From positions 20,212,001 to 20,276,000 of the forward strand of contig NC_043007.1 of NCBI RefSeq assembly GCF_006345805.1: a stretch of DNA of 64,000 bases. The letters are read 5' to 3'. The notes below the pieces were generated by a model, which saw only the letters and a program-made list of their open reading frames with translations, searched no databases and was not told the origin of the DNA. This document shows positions 62,720-64,000 of this stretch, piece after piece. Made by a program: the position numbers and the translations under genes. How positions within the stretch are numbered: the stretch's first letter is position 1; the number at the start of each line of letters is the position of its first letter. Source of the stretch: Octopus sinensis (taxonomy: Eukaryota).

Positions 62720-63890
62720 TCAGGTCATCCCATAAGTTCTGTCTGAATTTTGAATAAAGCAAACAAGTGATCAAATGTTATATTTAATTGGAATTTGATT
62801 ATCAATGAACTTTCCTTGATTATCTGTGACTTTCTTCTATCTATTTACAAGCTTTTTAATCCTATCAATGTAAAACTCTTTCGGTTTCAAAGCGAAGAAC
62901 TCTGACATGTCAGTTTTGACTTCCTCCTGGCTTGCAAAAGTTAAGTCCACCAAATGATTCTGTAAACTACGAAACAAATGGTAGTCTGAAGGATCAAGGT
63001 CAGGAGAATAAGGTGGATGAGGAATTTTTTCCCAACCAAGCTCTTCGATCTTCTGTGATGTGATCTTTGCAGTGTGGGGTTGCGCATTGTCCTGATGAAA
63101 CATCACTCCTAAAGTGGGTCTTTTTTTTCTTCAAAGTTTGGTTCAAATGCTCCAATTGTTGACAGTAGACTTGAGCATTGATTGTTGCATTAGGTGGTAA
63201 CAATTCAAAGTGAATTACTCTTTGCAATCCCACCAAATAGAGAGATGAACCATTTTCCCATGACGTTCCCTTCTCGGTTGTGGTTCAGCTTTTTTTTCTT
63301 TTACCAAGCCACAGTTTACGATATTTAACATTTCGATAGAAGATCCATTTTTCATCACCAATCACAAGTCTATCCAAAAAGGGTAAAATGAGTTCACATG
63401 AATGGAGAGAAAAGCAGACACCAACTCAGGATTTGCAGTTGCTTTCGGACAATTCATGAGGCATCCATTTTCCAAGTTTAGGAACCTTTCCAAGTTGTTG
63501 AAGATGACGATGAACAGCTGTATGGTTTGAACTAAGTTTTATTGCCAATTTTCCAACTGATAATGCAAGATTTTCTTCAAGTAATGCCTCAAGGAGTTTA
63601 TCATCAAACTCAACTATAAAGAATCCACCCAGCCAGCTTGCAAGTCCCAGGATTTCAATAAGAATGGCCTGAAGTGAATTACTCTTTGCAATCTCGCCAG
63701 ATAGAGAGAAGAAGCTTTTTCCCATGAAGTTCCCTTCTCGGTTGTGGTTGAGCTTTTTTCCTTTTACCAAGCCACTGTTTACAACATTTAACATTTGATA
63801 GAAGATCCATTTTACATCACCAGTCACAAGTCTATCCAAAAAGGGTGAAATGAGTTCACATGAATGAAGAGAAGAGTAATTCACACAGGC
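62720..63890 (-). mobile_element. Mariner (DD34D) transposon, decayed, with internal duplication
   Basis: HQDNAQPH...PHPPYSPDLDPSDYHLFRSLQN, HFELLPPNATINAQVYCQQL, FLDRLVTGDVKWIFY, LGKVPKLGKWMPHELSE; TA-TCAGGTCATCCCATAAG end. Confidence 0.9.
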
Positions 63891-64000
63891 TCTGAAGACT
63901 TCCATCCTGGAATTTAAGATGTTCCTTGGTCGAAGGAGCTCTTTAATATATGACAGGCTTTTACCCTTTTTTGTCTACCAAATTCACTCACAAGGAAGGC

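Overview
AT-rich, microsatellite-laden eukaryotic genomic DNA. The SINE, LINE and MITE families match what I recognise from octopod cephalopod genomes (inference, not a database result). No complete protein-coding gene can be supported, and almost every ORF in the supplied track is a translated microsatellite or repeat. Much of the window is nested transposon debris: three tRNA-headed SINE families, about 16 5'-truncated RTE-clade LINE ends plus one RT fragment, a CR1-type LINE, a decayed Gypsy pol, Tc1/mariner remnants, non-autonomous Helitrons, TTAA (piggyBac-like) MITEs and GG-ended MITEs carrying TTAGGG-like arrays. The most interesting layer is a set of at least 7 type-I hammerhead-ribozyme-like motifs from several unrelated repeat families, mostly lodged in (TA)n tracts. 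They include a 189-nt tandem dimer (retrozyme-like), a 236-bp palindrome of two inverted hammerhead-like units, and one copy with an intact catalytic core. Other notable items are a recurrent hairpin-forming junction in SINE body dimers, a template-switch palindrome, SINE-derived minisatellites, a perfect-looking 478-bp tandem duplication in a CpG-retaining putative promoter domain (about 20-28 kb), and several isolated candidate exons of unidentified host genes.
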